From Selaginella moellendorffii (lineage: Eukaryota; Plantae; Lycopodiophyta): a stretch of 64,000 nt of DNA. The notes below the pieces were generated by a model. The model had not been told where the DNA came from. It saw nothing but the letters and a program-made list of their open reading frames with translations, and did no database searches. Location of the stretch: NCBI RefSeq assembly GCF_000143415.4, contig NW_003314400.1:1-64000 (forward strand), written 5' to 3'. This document shows positions 50,657 to 62,460 of this stretch, piece after piece (position 1 is the stretch's first letter; each line of letters starts with the position of its first letter). A program made the position numbers and the translations under genes.

Positions 50657-50680
50657 TCCCACTTTAACGAAATAGAGCTT
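50657..50680 (-). repeat. Right TIR
   Basis: TCCCACTTTAACGAAATAGAGCTT. Confidence 0.92.
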
Positions 50681-51768
50681 CATTGTACTTTAGTCATTTA
50701 ACCACACTTCCGGCGACTTGTAGGAGTCTTATGCACAACCTCCATAAATCTTATTCCAGACTTGGGGACTTGCTAGCCTCATGAATGGCATCTATGCCAC
50801 TCAGCTTTTGTATTTGGTCCAAGTGCTCCACATGTTCAATCCCATAACCGACACCCAAAGGTACCATTGGCATATCAACTTGTAATGCTAAGGCTTAGTA
50901 GTCCAAGACCACCTACATCACAATCTTGTCTTTTAAAGACTAGGCTATCTATTTATGAGTAGCCATCCCTTATCAACACTTTAACACCCTTAGAATGCTC
51001 GGAGACATAAGTAACACCCTTCTCTAATGTCCCTTCTTCCATCCCTACCAAGTCCCTCTCTATCCATGGCTATGCTTGCTAATACCGTCATAGGATCAAA
51101 GCCCAAAGGCCTGACTACAAAGTCCCATTGACCTCTAGGGCTTCCTTACCATGTGATCATATCCTTGGTCACTATACTAAAGGACTACTCCTCTTCCTTT
51201 CCATAGTTCGGGACTTTGGGATAACATTTCAAAACACCATGGCCTTACATTAGCCTTGTGGGTACTCCCACCTTCTATCCTTAGGTGCCCTAGCCATGTG
51301 GCTAGAGCAAGGTCTTGATGAGCCACACAAAGTATCTAAGTGGGTAATCCACCCACACTTGGATTGGGAGCATCAATTGTTTGATCTCTTAGGGGAGCTA
51401 AAGTCAGCTCTTGAACACTTCACCAAGCTACCCCACTTGTTTATCCATATTCACTTTAATTTTGGACTCCTCAGTGGTTTTATCATCACTCAATATGTGG
51501 GTATACCCTTCTTTGGTCACACTAGTTTTTCCTGGCCAAATTAGCTCCACTAGAGTCCTCCTCTTACTATACTTTTGGAGCTCACCAAACCCCCCAGCTG
51601 GGAGACAAATGCTTTGGGCTTTCACCCTCAGATTCAGACTCAGACTCAAACTTGGACTCAGACTTGGTCTTGGTCTCAAACTTGGTCTCGGTCTCGGTCT
51701 CGGTCTTAGTCTCGGTTTCGATCTCGGTCTCAGTCTTGGTTTTAGTCTTAACATCAACTTCACCTCAA

Positions 51769-52358
51769 TGTAAGCAACCAAAGGGAACAACTCGAGAGAC
51801 AATCCAAGGGTTCAAATATAGAGGGAAAGGGCCTATGAACAAGAGTGCATCCCCTTTTCCAATCGGTTAAGGGTTTTAGGATATTTGGGGTTAAGCGTCA
51901 TTAGGTTTGAATAGTATTGGGTTGAGTGAATTCCCGGGAAGTCTAAACTCAAGAGCTTACATTTGGTATCAGAGGGGTCTCGGGTCTGACTTTGTTTGTT
52001 GGCTAGGGGAATCACACCACATGTTGATTGACATTTGGCTGGTCCAGTTTGCTCCCACTAGGCTCGACTTGAGGGGTAGGGTGTCCAGAGAGTGGGGCTT
52101 TCGGGAGAGCTGTGGCTCTCAGCTTCCATTCACAAGGGCGTGAACTTGCAGAGAAGCATGGTAGATTGTAAGCAACCAAAGGGAACGACTCAAGAGACGA
52201 TCCAGGGGTTCAAATATAAAGGGAAAGGGCCCATGAACAAGAGTGCACCCCCTTTTCCAATCGGTTAAGGGTCTTGGGATACTTGGGTTTAAACATCCTT
52301 GGTTTGAATAGTACTGGGCTGGATGACCTCCTAGGAAGTTTAAACTCAAAAACTTACA
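51769..52358 (+). mobile_element. Cassandra-type TRIM, intact
   Basis: LTRs 51769-51961 and 52167-52358, TSD CTCAA, PBS TGGTATCAGAG, 5S-like core. Confidence 0.94.
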
Positions 52359-53109
52359 CTCAAGTCCATCTTGGACTCCATCTTAAACTTCATCTCCATC
52401 TCAGACTTAGGTCCATTTTAGACTCTTTTTCAGACTCCTTCTTAGACTCCATCTTGACGTGTGAAAAGACTCCATCTCGAACTCCATCTCAGATGCATCT
52501 TGGACTTCATCTCAGATTCATCTTAGACTCTATCTCGGACTCCATATTAGACGTCATCTTAGACTCAAGTCCATTTTGGACTCTTTTTCATACTCCTTCT
52601 TAGACTCTATCTTGACACTTTCACATGTCATATGTTGGTCCTTTTGTATCCTTTTTCTAGAGACTCATTGCTTGCTTCATGCTCGTTTCTCAAGCACTTC
52701 ATTGAGAGTTCTACTTTAACTCTCGACTGTCTAAATTGGAGCTTCTATTCCAAATGTGTTATACTCATTTGGCTTTCACTTTAGCCACTACCACATGGCA
52801 CCCTTTCGGCTCTACTTTGGGGCATAGGGATTTGTGTCTCACACAGATTAGATGAAAAATAATATTGACGATTTCAACAATGCTCGCAATGATATAGTAC
52901 AATCAAAAAGATGATTAACAAAACAATTGAGATAAGAAGCATTGCATGTCATTTATATACTTGAAAGTAGGGAACTTTAAAATAGCTATAAGTTTGTTAG
53001 GATCAACTTACAAATCTTCACAAAAAATGGTACCTAAGATAAATCATATCTTTGGATTCAAATATGCATTTTAACTACTTTAGTTTTAAACCAACTTTCT
53101 ATAATCAAT

Positions 53110-55080
53110 CTAACACATTACGAACATCATAGATGTGCTCCTTTTACATCCCCTCCAAGTGGATCAAGACATCATTGATGACGTCAGCAGTCACCTCCAA
53201 TATATCATAAAGAACTTTGTCCATCATTCGTTAGAAAGTCATTAAAGCATTATTTAAACCACTAAAAACTTGTACAAACAAAAAAATGTATAAAATATAG
53301 TCATAGGAACATCTTCCTCAGCTATTAACATTTACCAATACCCAAAAGTAAAATCTAACTTTATGAACCAATGACTTCTCCCCAAAAAATTTAGGAGATC
53401 AATAATGTGAGAAAAAGGGTACATATTTGAGATAGTCACCTTGTTAACAAATGATAGTCAATACAGAAGTGAATACTCCCATAAGGTTTTATTAGAAGAT
53501 GAGGTTCACATGTCTAAGGATTTAAGACTTTCGAATAATACCCTTCTTTAACATTTCTTTGATATTCACATATAAAATCTTAATCCCTTTTGATGATTAA
53601 TGCTAAATAAGAATTTTGATTAGACAAGCATCCTCAATTAAAATAGGATGATATGTTGTAATTTTAACCCTAAACAACAGGTCAAAGTCAAAGATATCAA
53701 TATACTCCTTTCGTCTATCCACCACTACAATACAAAGATTGTTGAAGGGATTTAAAGAGGGAATAGAGAAGCAAAATGAAAATATATTAGGAAATGGGGA
53801 GATAATGGGGAGATAAAAGTGATAGAAATAAAGGTAAAACAAAAGGATGAAAGGGAATAAAAGCAAGAGGAATGGAAAAAACATAAATATGAGACAAGGG
53901 GGAGAAGTCTTAAAGTCATATTTGGTATACTTGTGCTTTAATCAATCTATACCAAGGATGAAATCAAAAATTTAACTTAGCATCACTCACAATAATTGAA
54001 TTTAAGCTTAAGATCTCCTATACGCACAACTAAATTCTCTTTATCCCGCACACACATATATATAAGGCCTTTGCCATAAAGAATAAAGACTAACTTTGCC
54101 ACATGACACAACTATAGACAACAACATATAACAATAGGCCGAGCAATAGAAAATAAACTCAAGTTTGTATCAACCAATATAGAAAGAATAAAAGAAGACC
54201 TTTTGTTATAAAAATGAGCTTGAAAAGTAAGCACTGAATGAATTGGCATCAACTGAACACTTTGATAGTACTCTTAAAAGAAAAATGGAGGGGTTACTAA
54301 TTTATTCACATAAGAACCCTCCACTACTCGTGCAACTCCTCGTTTTCTAGAAGAATTTTCGTGTCAAGACCTTCTACTATAGCAACACTAACAAGACGTT
54401 GTTAACATCAAAGCCTACACCCAAAAAATGGAGGATGCCAATCCAAAAAATGCCAACAATGATAATACGTGTGGCTACTCCCAACAATAAATATCATGAT
54501 CATGATCACGTCCTCGTCTTTATCTTTGGACAAGAGCAACAACATCAATTTCCATTAGAATAGGACCATCTCCCACATGAAGGGGAGCTGAAAGATATAC
54601 AACAAAAAGTGAAAGAGGCAATGTCTCATAATATTGTGTCAATCAAAAAACATTGTAAAGGTGATTGGAGCAAATGCATATATAAATCCCACAAGATCTT
54701 GATGAAGTGTTGGCCTTAATATTTCAACTTGATCCACTCCAACATATTTAGCTTTGCATGAAGCAAGAGGCTTTGAAAATAAATGCCAAATTGCATCACT
54801 GACTCAAGTGGCCTAAAAAGCATCACCATAATTACCAATATATCCAAATACATACTTGAAGATATCTAAGAGAATGCTCCAATCTACATGAGTGGTTGCA
54901 CTCAAATTATTGTATTATGGCAATGTTGTCCTTTGTAAATGTTAAGCATCATCTCAAGAATGATAGGTAGCAATCACAATAAAGTGATTGAACTAATGGT
55001 ACACATCATCTCTAGAATTCCTATGGAAGAACTTTAGCCATATGTGAGGATTGGCAGTAAGAGTAGAAGGAGTTGTAACA
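53110..55080 (-). mobile_element. Heavily decayed Gypsy gag-PR-RT remnant, same family as 62461-64000
   Basis: Reverse complement aligns colinearly to 62500-64000, for example gtggatcaagacatcattgatgacgtcagcagtcacctcc vs ggaggtgactactgacttcattgatgatgtcttgatccac. Confidence 0.85.
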
Positions 55081-55169
55081 TACACTGTAAATGCTGCCAT
55101 CAACTAAGCCTGATTATTCAATTACAACCACATAATTATAACCAACTAAAAAGAACGATGGAGAATGCC

Positions 55170-55468
55170 AGTGTATCAAAGATGTTTCAAGTCCAACTCT
55201 ATTAATTGACTAAAGGAATCACACCATATATTAAGATTCTGGGCTCAACTCGAAAGGTGGGTGTCAAGGCTCTCGGGAAAACTGTGACTTTCAACTTTCG
55301 TTTATGAAGGTGTGAACTTGGAGGGAAGTATGATGGATTATAAATGACTAAAAAGAACAACTCAAGAAATGATTCATAAAAGTTTAAATATATAGGATTA
55401 AATGTTTTTGGGTTTAAATAATACTAGATTGAATGACTTCCCAAGAAATTCAAATTCAAAAGTTTAAA
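55170..55468 (+). mobile_element. Decayed Cassandra remnant (copy of 662-1022 with an extra deletion)
   Basis: Same sequence as 662-1022, lacking ~60 bp of the LTR. Confidence 0.75.
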
Positions 55469-55899
55469 ATTGCTGAATAACTGTACTAATTGCTCCTCCA
55501 AAGTCAAAGGAGGAGGAAGCTACTCTCACAAAAATGTGCATTTTAATTATCCCAAAACCCTAGTTTACATAATCTGGATTGAAACCAACTGACACCAGTA
55601 TGATCCTTAAAAATAGCTCCCCCTATTCACCTTTGTCTACAATGCCCCTGGACAATAATGTTTGGAGAGGCTTAAATAGAAGTCTGTAGCCATCTGGTGT
55701 CTCTAGATACACACTAATGCAGCTTCAGAAAGAAGTGGCTTGGTTACCTATGTAGTAAATAACCTAATGTAATTAGCATATGACCCATAATTAGATCTTT
55801 CATGAGTTTGGACCAAAAGTCTATAGAAATCCCATATCTGATTCCCAACATGGTAATGCACACATGCTCACTGTACTAGGTGATATAACCAAGGTAAGC

Positions 55900-57565
55900 T
55901 TATACTGCACAATCCCAAATACCATTCGAAACGCCTCTGCTTTACATGCATCTGTAGCACGCTCAAGCCATCAGTGAGGATCCTGGCAGGATTCAAATGC
56001 ATAAATAGCAGGATCCTGAGCAAGGTTGCTCAAGTAGAGCCAAAGCAGTCGGCCATACTTGAGCATCCACTCATTACTAACCACCTCCTCAAAACAATTC
56101 CCCTGTGTAGATGTAGCCAGCAGAGTGTGCTGTTTTCCCCGATATCTCCCTTAAAGAAGGCAATCAAAGGAGACGGAAGAAAAAACCCAGGGACCAGATT
56201 CCGACTCTGCAAAGAAGGATCACACCACTCGGGTTCTAAGAAATTGGTGACCCTGCATGTAGTGTCTATGGACAGAGTTAAACATTTTCCACTTAACACT
56301 CGTGTAGATCTTCAAAGTGGGATGTACACGTTTTTTTCTCGTCCATCTATGGAAGGTAACAGCGACCGGGCTTCATCGAAGACAAACAGCAGCTTCAACG
56401 GTTGGTCTGTCATCTCCATACCAACTCCCAAAGCCAGGGACCTCAAGAATATAACTCTGGAAGACTTCAGTGGCTTTAGTCTCCCATGTCGTCCATAGTT
56501 CAACTGAGTACTAGCCTGTATCTTCTTGAGAAACTTAAGTTTCCATTCAAGTTTTTTTATCCGATTCTCCACTCCCGGTCAAAATCCCTTTCCACCATCT
56601 ACCGTCATCATGTTTGAAAACACTTGCAGCGTCCACGACTCCTCTTTCCCTAGTCCTCCACCCAGCTCCTCAATGCATGCAATTCAGTAAGCCAGACAGT
56701 AGGTCATGCATGCGAGATGGCCTGCGTAATCTCCATTTCCCAGTGCCTGCCTTGCACGGCCGAGGAAAGCATTTCTAAAATATGAGGGCTGAGGATAACA
56801 GGAGCCAGAACCCAGCGACAAGTAAATGACCCAAACCTGTTTCCGATGTAACTCTCGAACCACCCTCGACTTACCCCAGCTGCTGGACTGGAAGAGACCA
56901 ACGATACGTGAAAAATCAGTCTCCTTCTTGATCTTGTTCAGGGCGTCGTAAAACGAGTCTACTCCACTGCCCTGATATTCCATGTCAAATGCTCGACCTG
57001 TAGCAGCAGCAAACATAAACATTCATGCAAACTGACGCACTTACTTGCCATCGTTAACTCTATGCCATGTTGTGGACTTGTCCTTGTACTGCTACTGCTC
57101 CTCCGGTGTCAGCTTGTACCAGCAAGCTCTATAGATTTCATCAAGCCATTCCTCGCCGTTCAGCTTCTTGTGGATACACTCCCAAGATTTGAAAAGAAGC
57201 GCTGGGTACTTCTCCAACACCATTCTCACTTTTGATTCCCGCGCCTCGTTGTCTGCTTGTTGCAGCGCCATTTCAAGTACATACTGTGGGCCGATGCCTT
57301 TGTGTTTCTCTTGCTGCTCTGGCGACAACTTGTCCCAACTCTCAAGCAGCAGAACCAAATACATCAGCTTCCTGTCAGAATTGAAACCTTCAAAAATATC
57401 GAACAGGTTCTCCGGGCTTTGAGGATATCTCATCTCCACCGATCGCATCCGCTCTTGTGCAGATAGCAGCAGCTCGTATGCCTCGTCGCTCTCTTCTCGA
57501 ATCCTCTTTCGGGCTTCTTCCGAATGCTCCTGATCCTCCCGCTGCCTTTTGCCTCTGTCGGCCAT
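55900..57565 (-). pseudogene. P-loop NTPase pseudogene, copy B
   Basis: QSSSWGKSR, LLFVFDEA and IDTTCRVTNF. Stops at 57092 and 56684. Confidence 0.65.
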
Positions 57566-57609
57566 AGTCAGGGCTAGGGCTTGTAATCGTGGGTCGACTC
57601 ATGTATTCC

Positions 57610-58300
57610 AGGTGTGGAAGCTGAGAGAGTTCAGGAGCATCCCTTGCCGCAGCCTGGTGTCGTGGATAAGTCGCACAGGATTTGCAGCAGGAAAAGTTTT
57701 CAGGGAAGACATTTCATCGATGAGATGCTCGGCTTCTTGCAGTCTCCGACACCGTGCGAGGAGATCGATCGTACAGATATAGTGATCTGGAGAGGCTGAA
57801 ATTATGCCCTGGAAATTCTGGTGGCCGTTCCTGCGTGGCTACATGTTGCCAGAAGGTTGAGAAAAGTGATTTGGTTTGGGAGAATTCCCTCGAGCTTCAT
57901 CGCATGGAAGATCTCTAGCGCTGCTTCCTCCGATTCAACGTGGGCAGTGAGCATCGCAGTCCAGGAGATCACGTCGCGGTCGGGCATGGAATCAAGCACG
58001 GCTCTCGTGTCTAGGGAATTGCAATCTTCTTCGACGCCACAGCAACCAAGACTCGTCCGCGCTCCAGGCTGGGGATCGCCGCACAGGCATCGATTGCCAG
58101 AGTGAAGGAAACCTCCTCGACCAAGACTCCCTCCAGATCCATGCGCACAAAGATCACGAGGGATTCTGGCGCGAACCGACTGACCGGCCCCCCCAGGAGA
58201 CGGCATCCTTGCGATCACGAGCAGCCTCTTCAGTCCCACTGCTCTCCACCTTTACAATTGAAATGCTAGCCCACACAGACTGGTCTATGTAAGAAAAATT
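57610..58300 (-). pseudogene. PPR pseudogene fragment, copy B
   Basis: DSMPDRDVISWTAML and LEGILPNQITFLNLLATCSHAG. Confidence 0.85.
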
Positions 58301-59249
58301 GAAGAGCATAAGAAAAAGATAAAGAGTGTAACCAGCTTTTAGCTTTTTGTGGTATTTTTGTAAATTTTTGTAACTTCACTTGTAATGTATGCTAAAATAC
58401 ATCTGTATGTTAACCAACATCACTTGTAATGTATGAGGTATTCCATCAATTCCAGGATCATCCTTTAACAATGCCAAGCCAGGCAAGAGCATTGACAAGC
58501 TCATGAGGCAAATATTTTTTCCTGCGCTTCTTTCTTGTCAGCATCATTTTCCTCCTCATTATCTTTGTCAATTTAGTAGCATTTGTAAAAGTAGTTATAG
58601 TAAAATAACATAATTTTAGAAAAGATAATGAATTTTGTTTTTGGTTTACTTAAGCAAACCTGATATGCCTAGAATATATTTGGATATTCTAGAATATTAT
58701 ACCATTTAAGGGTTGTTATTTATTTTTTATAATTAAACATGTTTATAATTTATAAATTTTCCTAAACACTTTTTAATATATTCTTTTTTATTCTACCATC
58801 TAAGGTTGATATGCAATAAGATTAATCTTGTGTTTATAAATTATATACATGTTTATAATTATAAGTTTTCATTTGATCAATAAATAAGAATAACACTACT
58901 ATTAAGAAAACCAAACATTACTCTTAATTACTTTTATATTTCAATATTTTAAATTTTGTCAATTTCTTTGATTAAAATTTCCTTTATAATACTTATAATT
59001 AAGTACACTAACTTGCATTAAGTTAACCTAAACTTGTAAACTTTAACTCAATTTTAGACCAGCCTTCGAGAGGTTTCTTTCTTCCTACGATCTGCTGGGC
59101 AATCCCACCGGGTGAAAGAAATTCACAAGATTATTAGCAGCCACAATAGGTCAATGTTTTCCTTGCGAATCTCATGTGGGGACATGGTCTAGATTGCCTT
59201 CAATCACATCTGCCGACCCAATGTCTTCTGCTCTTGGCGATTGCCCAGA

Positions 59250-60340
59250 ACGAAGCAATGCCCAAGAGAGATGTTACGACACTACGCAGGTGATGGGAAC
59301 TTGGATCAAGCCCAGGCACTGTTTGATCGAATGCCGAGAAGAATGTAGTGGCATGGACTGTGATGGTTACCGCATTTACCCATAAAGGGGATCTGGATAG
59401 TTCGAAAGAGTTGTTTGATAAGATGCATGAGAGAAATCCGGTTTCTTGAGGTGCTCTGATATCGGCTTATGCAGTGCACAACCGGCTTGAAGAAGTGAAG
59501 CGTTTTTTTTTATGCGATGGAGAAATCAAACATTCACGTCTACACTGTGATGATCACTGCGTATGCCAAAGCAGGGGAAATTGAAAATACGGAGAGGATG
59601 TTTGCTCTCATGCCTGAGAAGGACGTAATCGCTCAAACTACAATGCTGCAAGCGTTTTCTCACAATGGTCTTGTTGAGAAGGCAAGCAAGATCTTTGATG
59701 TAATCCTTGACAAGTATGAAATGGCTTGGAACGATATGATCAATTGCATATGCTCAAAAAGGGCAAGCATTTTGTGCAAAGCAAGTGTTTGATTCCACGC
59801 CCGCAAAGAAACAAAACATCGTGACTTAGAACTCAATGCTCTCGCTGTTTAATCTCCGAGCTCTAGAGCTGCTGAAAACCATGCAGCTCGAAAGGATCAA
59901 ACCAAACGAGATAACTTTCATCACAGCACTGGGTGCTGACGCCGGCAAGCTTGAAACTGGACAAGCGTTCCACGCCAAGATCATCGATCAAGGACCAATG
60001 CATCCAGGTCTTGCTGGTGAATATGTATGGGAAATACCGTAGACTGTCACAGTCTTCAACCAAACCCAAGCGAGCCTCCGCAACACTATTTGCTGGATTG
60101 TGATGATCATGGCTTTTGAAGACAACCACCAGTTTCTGGTCGTGCGCTTCATAGGCTGATATCAGAGCACCCCAAAAAACCAGATTTCTCTCCTGTCAAG
60201 CAACTCTATTTCGCAATCAAAGTCCCCTTTCTGGGTACCATCACAGTCCATGCCACTACATTCTTCTCGGGCATTTGATCAAACAGTTCCTGGGTTTGAT
60301 CCAAGTTCCCATCAGCTGCATAGTGTCGCATCATCACGAC
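59250..60340 (+). pseudogene. PPR pseudogene plus inverted PPR fragment (60137-60340), copy B
   Basis: Paralogue of 4740-5825 with additional stops. Confidence 0.85.
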
Positions 60341-60441
60341 CCCGGAGCAGCCCAGTGAAGAAAGAAACCTCTCGAAAGGAAGCTACCTTTTGTGAAACTT
60401 CTATATAAGAGTTCCAAGAATTAGGGTTTGATAGGATTCTT

Positions 60442-61155
60442 ATGGGTCATACCAAAGAATTAGTTGTAGAACTCCCAAGGGTAATGAACGTGGAGAAGAT
60501 TTTATTCTCTTCCAACACCAACAATCTAGAGTGTGAAGTATTTGGGAAAGAGGATCAAGGCAGAGAGTGGAAGTTTTTGGGTAAAACAGGTCGAGAAGCA
60601 AGATTCAAGCTCACCAAGCTGAGATTCATCCTTGTCAAGCCTCTCTCTGGATTTGAGGTATCTACGATTGTGAGTTTTTATAGCAAGGACAATGCCCAGA
60701 AGCCTGTGGAGGAGTTGGAGTTGAAATACATTAACCCTCAAAAGGTGGACTATCAAAATCCTTTTGAAGTTGGCCAGCTTTCCAAGGACACTCTTGTCAC
60801 GAAAGCAATTGTTCAATCCAATCTCCGGTATTACAAATTCCGGTTGTGGGGCAACATAGAGTATCCCTGCCAATGGTGGTTTCCAATGGGAGACTACAAC
60901 CAGGACGATCCCAACCCTAAAACGCGAGAGTTGACCATCAGATACTTTGATGTGAAGAACGAGGGGACGTTAACGCTGGCACCTCAATGCAAGTTGATTG
61001 TTTTTGAGAGGACTTCCACTCGTCACTCAGAGCGTGAGGAATTTGATCTACATAATCTTCCACAAAAGAAGCAGTCAAATAGAAGGGGTTCTGCTAAACT
61101 CTCTAATCTGAGCTTAAAAGTTTTAAAGGCATTAAAGGTTGTTAAAAGGAATTAG
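60442..61155 (+). CDS. Uncharacterised 237-aa protein, copy 3
   Basis: Intact ORF with upstream CTATATAA. Differs from copy 1 by substitutions and one in-frame 12-nt indel. Confidence 0.75.
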   Translation: MGHTKELVVELPRVMNVEKILFSSNTNNLECEVFGKEDQGREWKFLGKTGREARFKLTKLRFILVKPLSGFEVSTIVSFYSKDNAQKPVEELELKYINPQKVDYQNPFEVGQLSKDTLVTKAIVQSNLRYYKFRLWGNIEYPCQWWFPMGDYNQDDPNPKTRELTIRYFDVKNEGTLTLAPQCKLIVFERTSTRHSEREEFDLHNLPQKKQSNRRGSAKLSNLSLKVLKALKVVKRN

Positions 61156-61440
61156 AATAATCTTAGTAATAAATTCAACTTTAACTTGTTTGTCTAATTC
61201 AGAGTAGGAAGTTTTCATGCGACAAATAACACAAGGAAAAAACAAATATGTGTCTGCTAGGCTTCAAGCCAGAATGTAGAATTCTCACCACTAAATATTA
61301 CCCTAATGCTGGACTGTATGGTTCCCTATTGCCTACAAATAATGAAAGACAAGACATAGAGGAAACAACAATGTCCAATTCAGCCCATAAATGCTAGTAG
61401 CCCAAAACTCCCTCTTTCTAAACCGGTCTAATCATCATCC

Positions 61441-62359
61441 ATGGGCTCTCTCTCGAAACTTCACGTTGTTCTTATCCCACTTCCAGCACAGGGACATGTC
61501 GTTCCACTCGTCTATCTTGCCTGCAAGCTCGCGCTCCTTGGAGTCACTATGACCATCATCAACGTTGATAGCATCCACGAAAGCTTGCAGCAATCCTGGA
61601 CGAGCGAGGCCAATCCTGTGAATAATGGCCAGGACATTCGCCTCGAGTCCATCGAGGATCCACTCGCGGAGCTCTTGTCCCGGATCGATCGAGAAGCAGA
61701 GTCGTCTCGGAATTTTACCATCTCAGTGCTCCACATGCTGCAAAAAAAAGGCTGGATTGGCTGGAGCGAGCTTTTGGCCGGGAAGTGCTGCTTGGGCTGC
61801 CTTCGAATTCCACGTTCCAAAGCTCCTGGAGATGGGAGACGTTCCTGTCAAAGGTAAAGCTTCGATGAATCTAGAAGTTTGTTCTAAGAAAACATGGAAG
61901 TTTTCAAGAATGTGATAGAGGGAGATGACAAGCTGATCTCTTACATCCCTGGAATGGAGCTAAGATCACAAGACATTCCACTCTTCATGCACGACGGAGA
62001 ATTCCAGAAAGTCAGGGAAGAGCAGTCATTGCATCTCTCCAAGAGGATCACACGGGATTCTTGGTTTCTGATAAACTCTGTCCATGACATGGAGCTGCGA
62101 GTTTTTGAAGCGATGAGGGAAGGATTCGGGGCGAAGTTTGTGCCTGTTGGACCATTGTTTCCTCTCAAGGGAGAAGCAATCAATTCAACTGGATTGAAAG
62201 AGGTTAGCCTGAGAACTCCAGATGAATCTTGTCTTCCATGGCTAGAGCTCGGTTCTCTATGTTTTGTTTGGAAGCATCTCCTTCATGACTGTCAAGCAAT
62301 TTGAGGAGATCACATTGGGATTGGAGGCAAGCAAGGTTCCTTTCCTCTGGGTGATATGA
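61441..62359 (+). pseudogene. UGT pseudogene, copy B
   Basis: Internal deletions, frameshifts, and truncation before the PSPG box. Confidence 0.9.
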
Positions 62360-62460
62360 TCTTTGGTAATACTTTAATTATAATAGTATAGTATATGGAC
62401 TATCCATTTAAGATTGAATTTATTATTGTATATAAATATTAGTTATTAAGTGAAAATTTA

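Larger units (their letters stand above)
36948..50680. mobile_element. 13.7 kb Sola-like DDE DNA transposon with cargo gene
   Basis: 24-bp TIRs with 1 mismatch, 4-bp TSD CATT (36944-36947 and 50681-50684), empty site reconstructable from the sibling LTR, and a transposase with Sola-type motifs. Superfamily assignment is from memory of motifs and TSD length. Confidence 0.9.
36925..52843 (-). mobile_element. Solo LTR (same family as 21138-22863) split by the DNA transposon and a Cassandra
   Basis: Pieces 36925-36947, 50681-51768 and 52359-52843 reassemble to the reverse complement of 21138-22863. TG...CA, flanked by CAGAC/CAGAT. Confidence 0.88.
54511..62448 (+). repeat. Segmental duplication, copy B
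   Basis: See 1-7975. The true left boundary may extend further, but its partner lies outside the window. Confidence 0.95.

Noticed and set aside
54511-62448. Duplication as a haplotype-assembly artefact
   Set aside because: The copies differ by many substitutions and indels and have different right flanks, and a third more diverged module exists. A real duplication is more likely, though not proven without reads.
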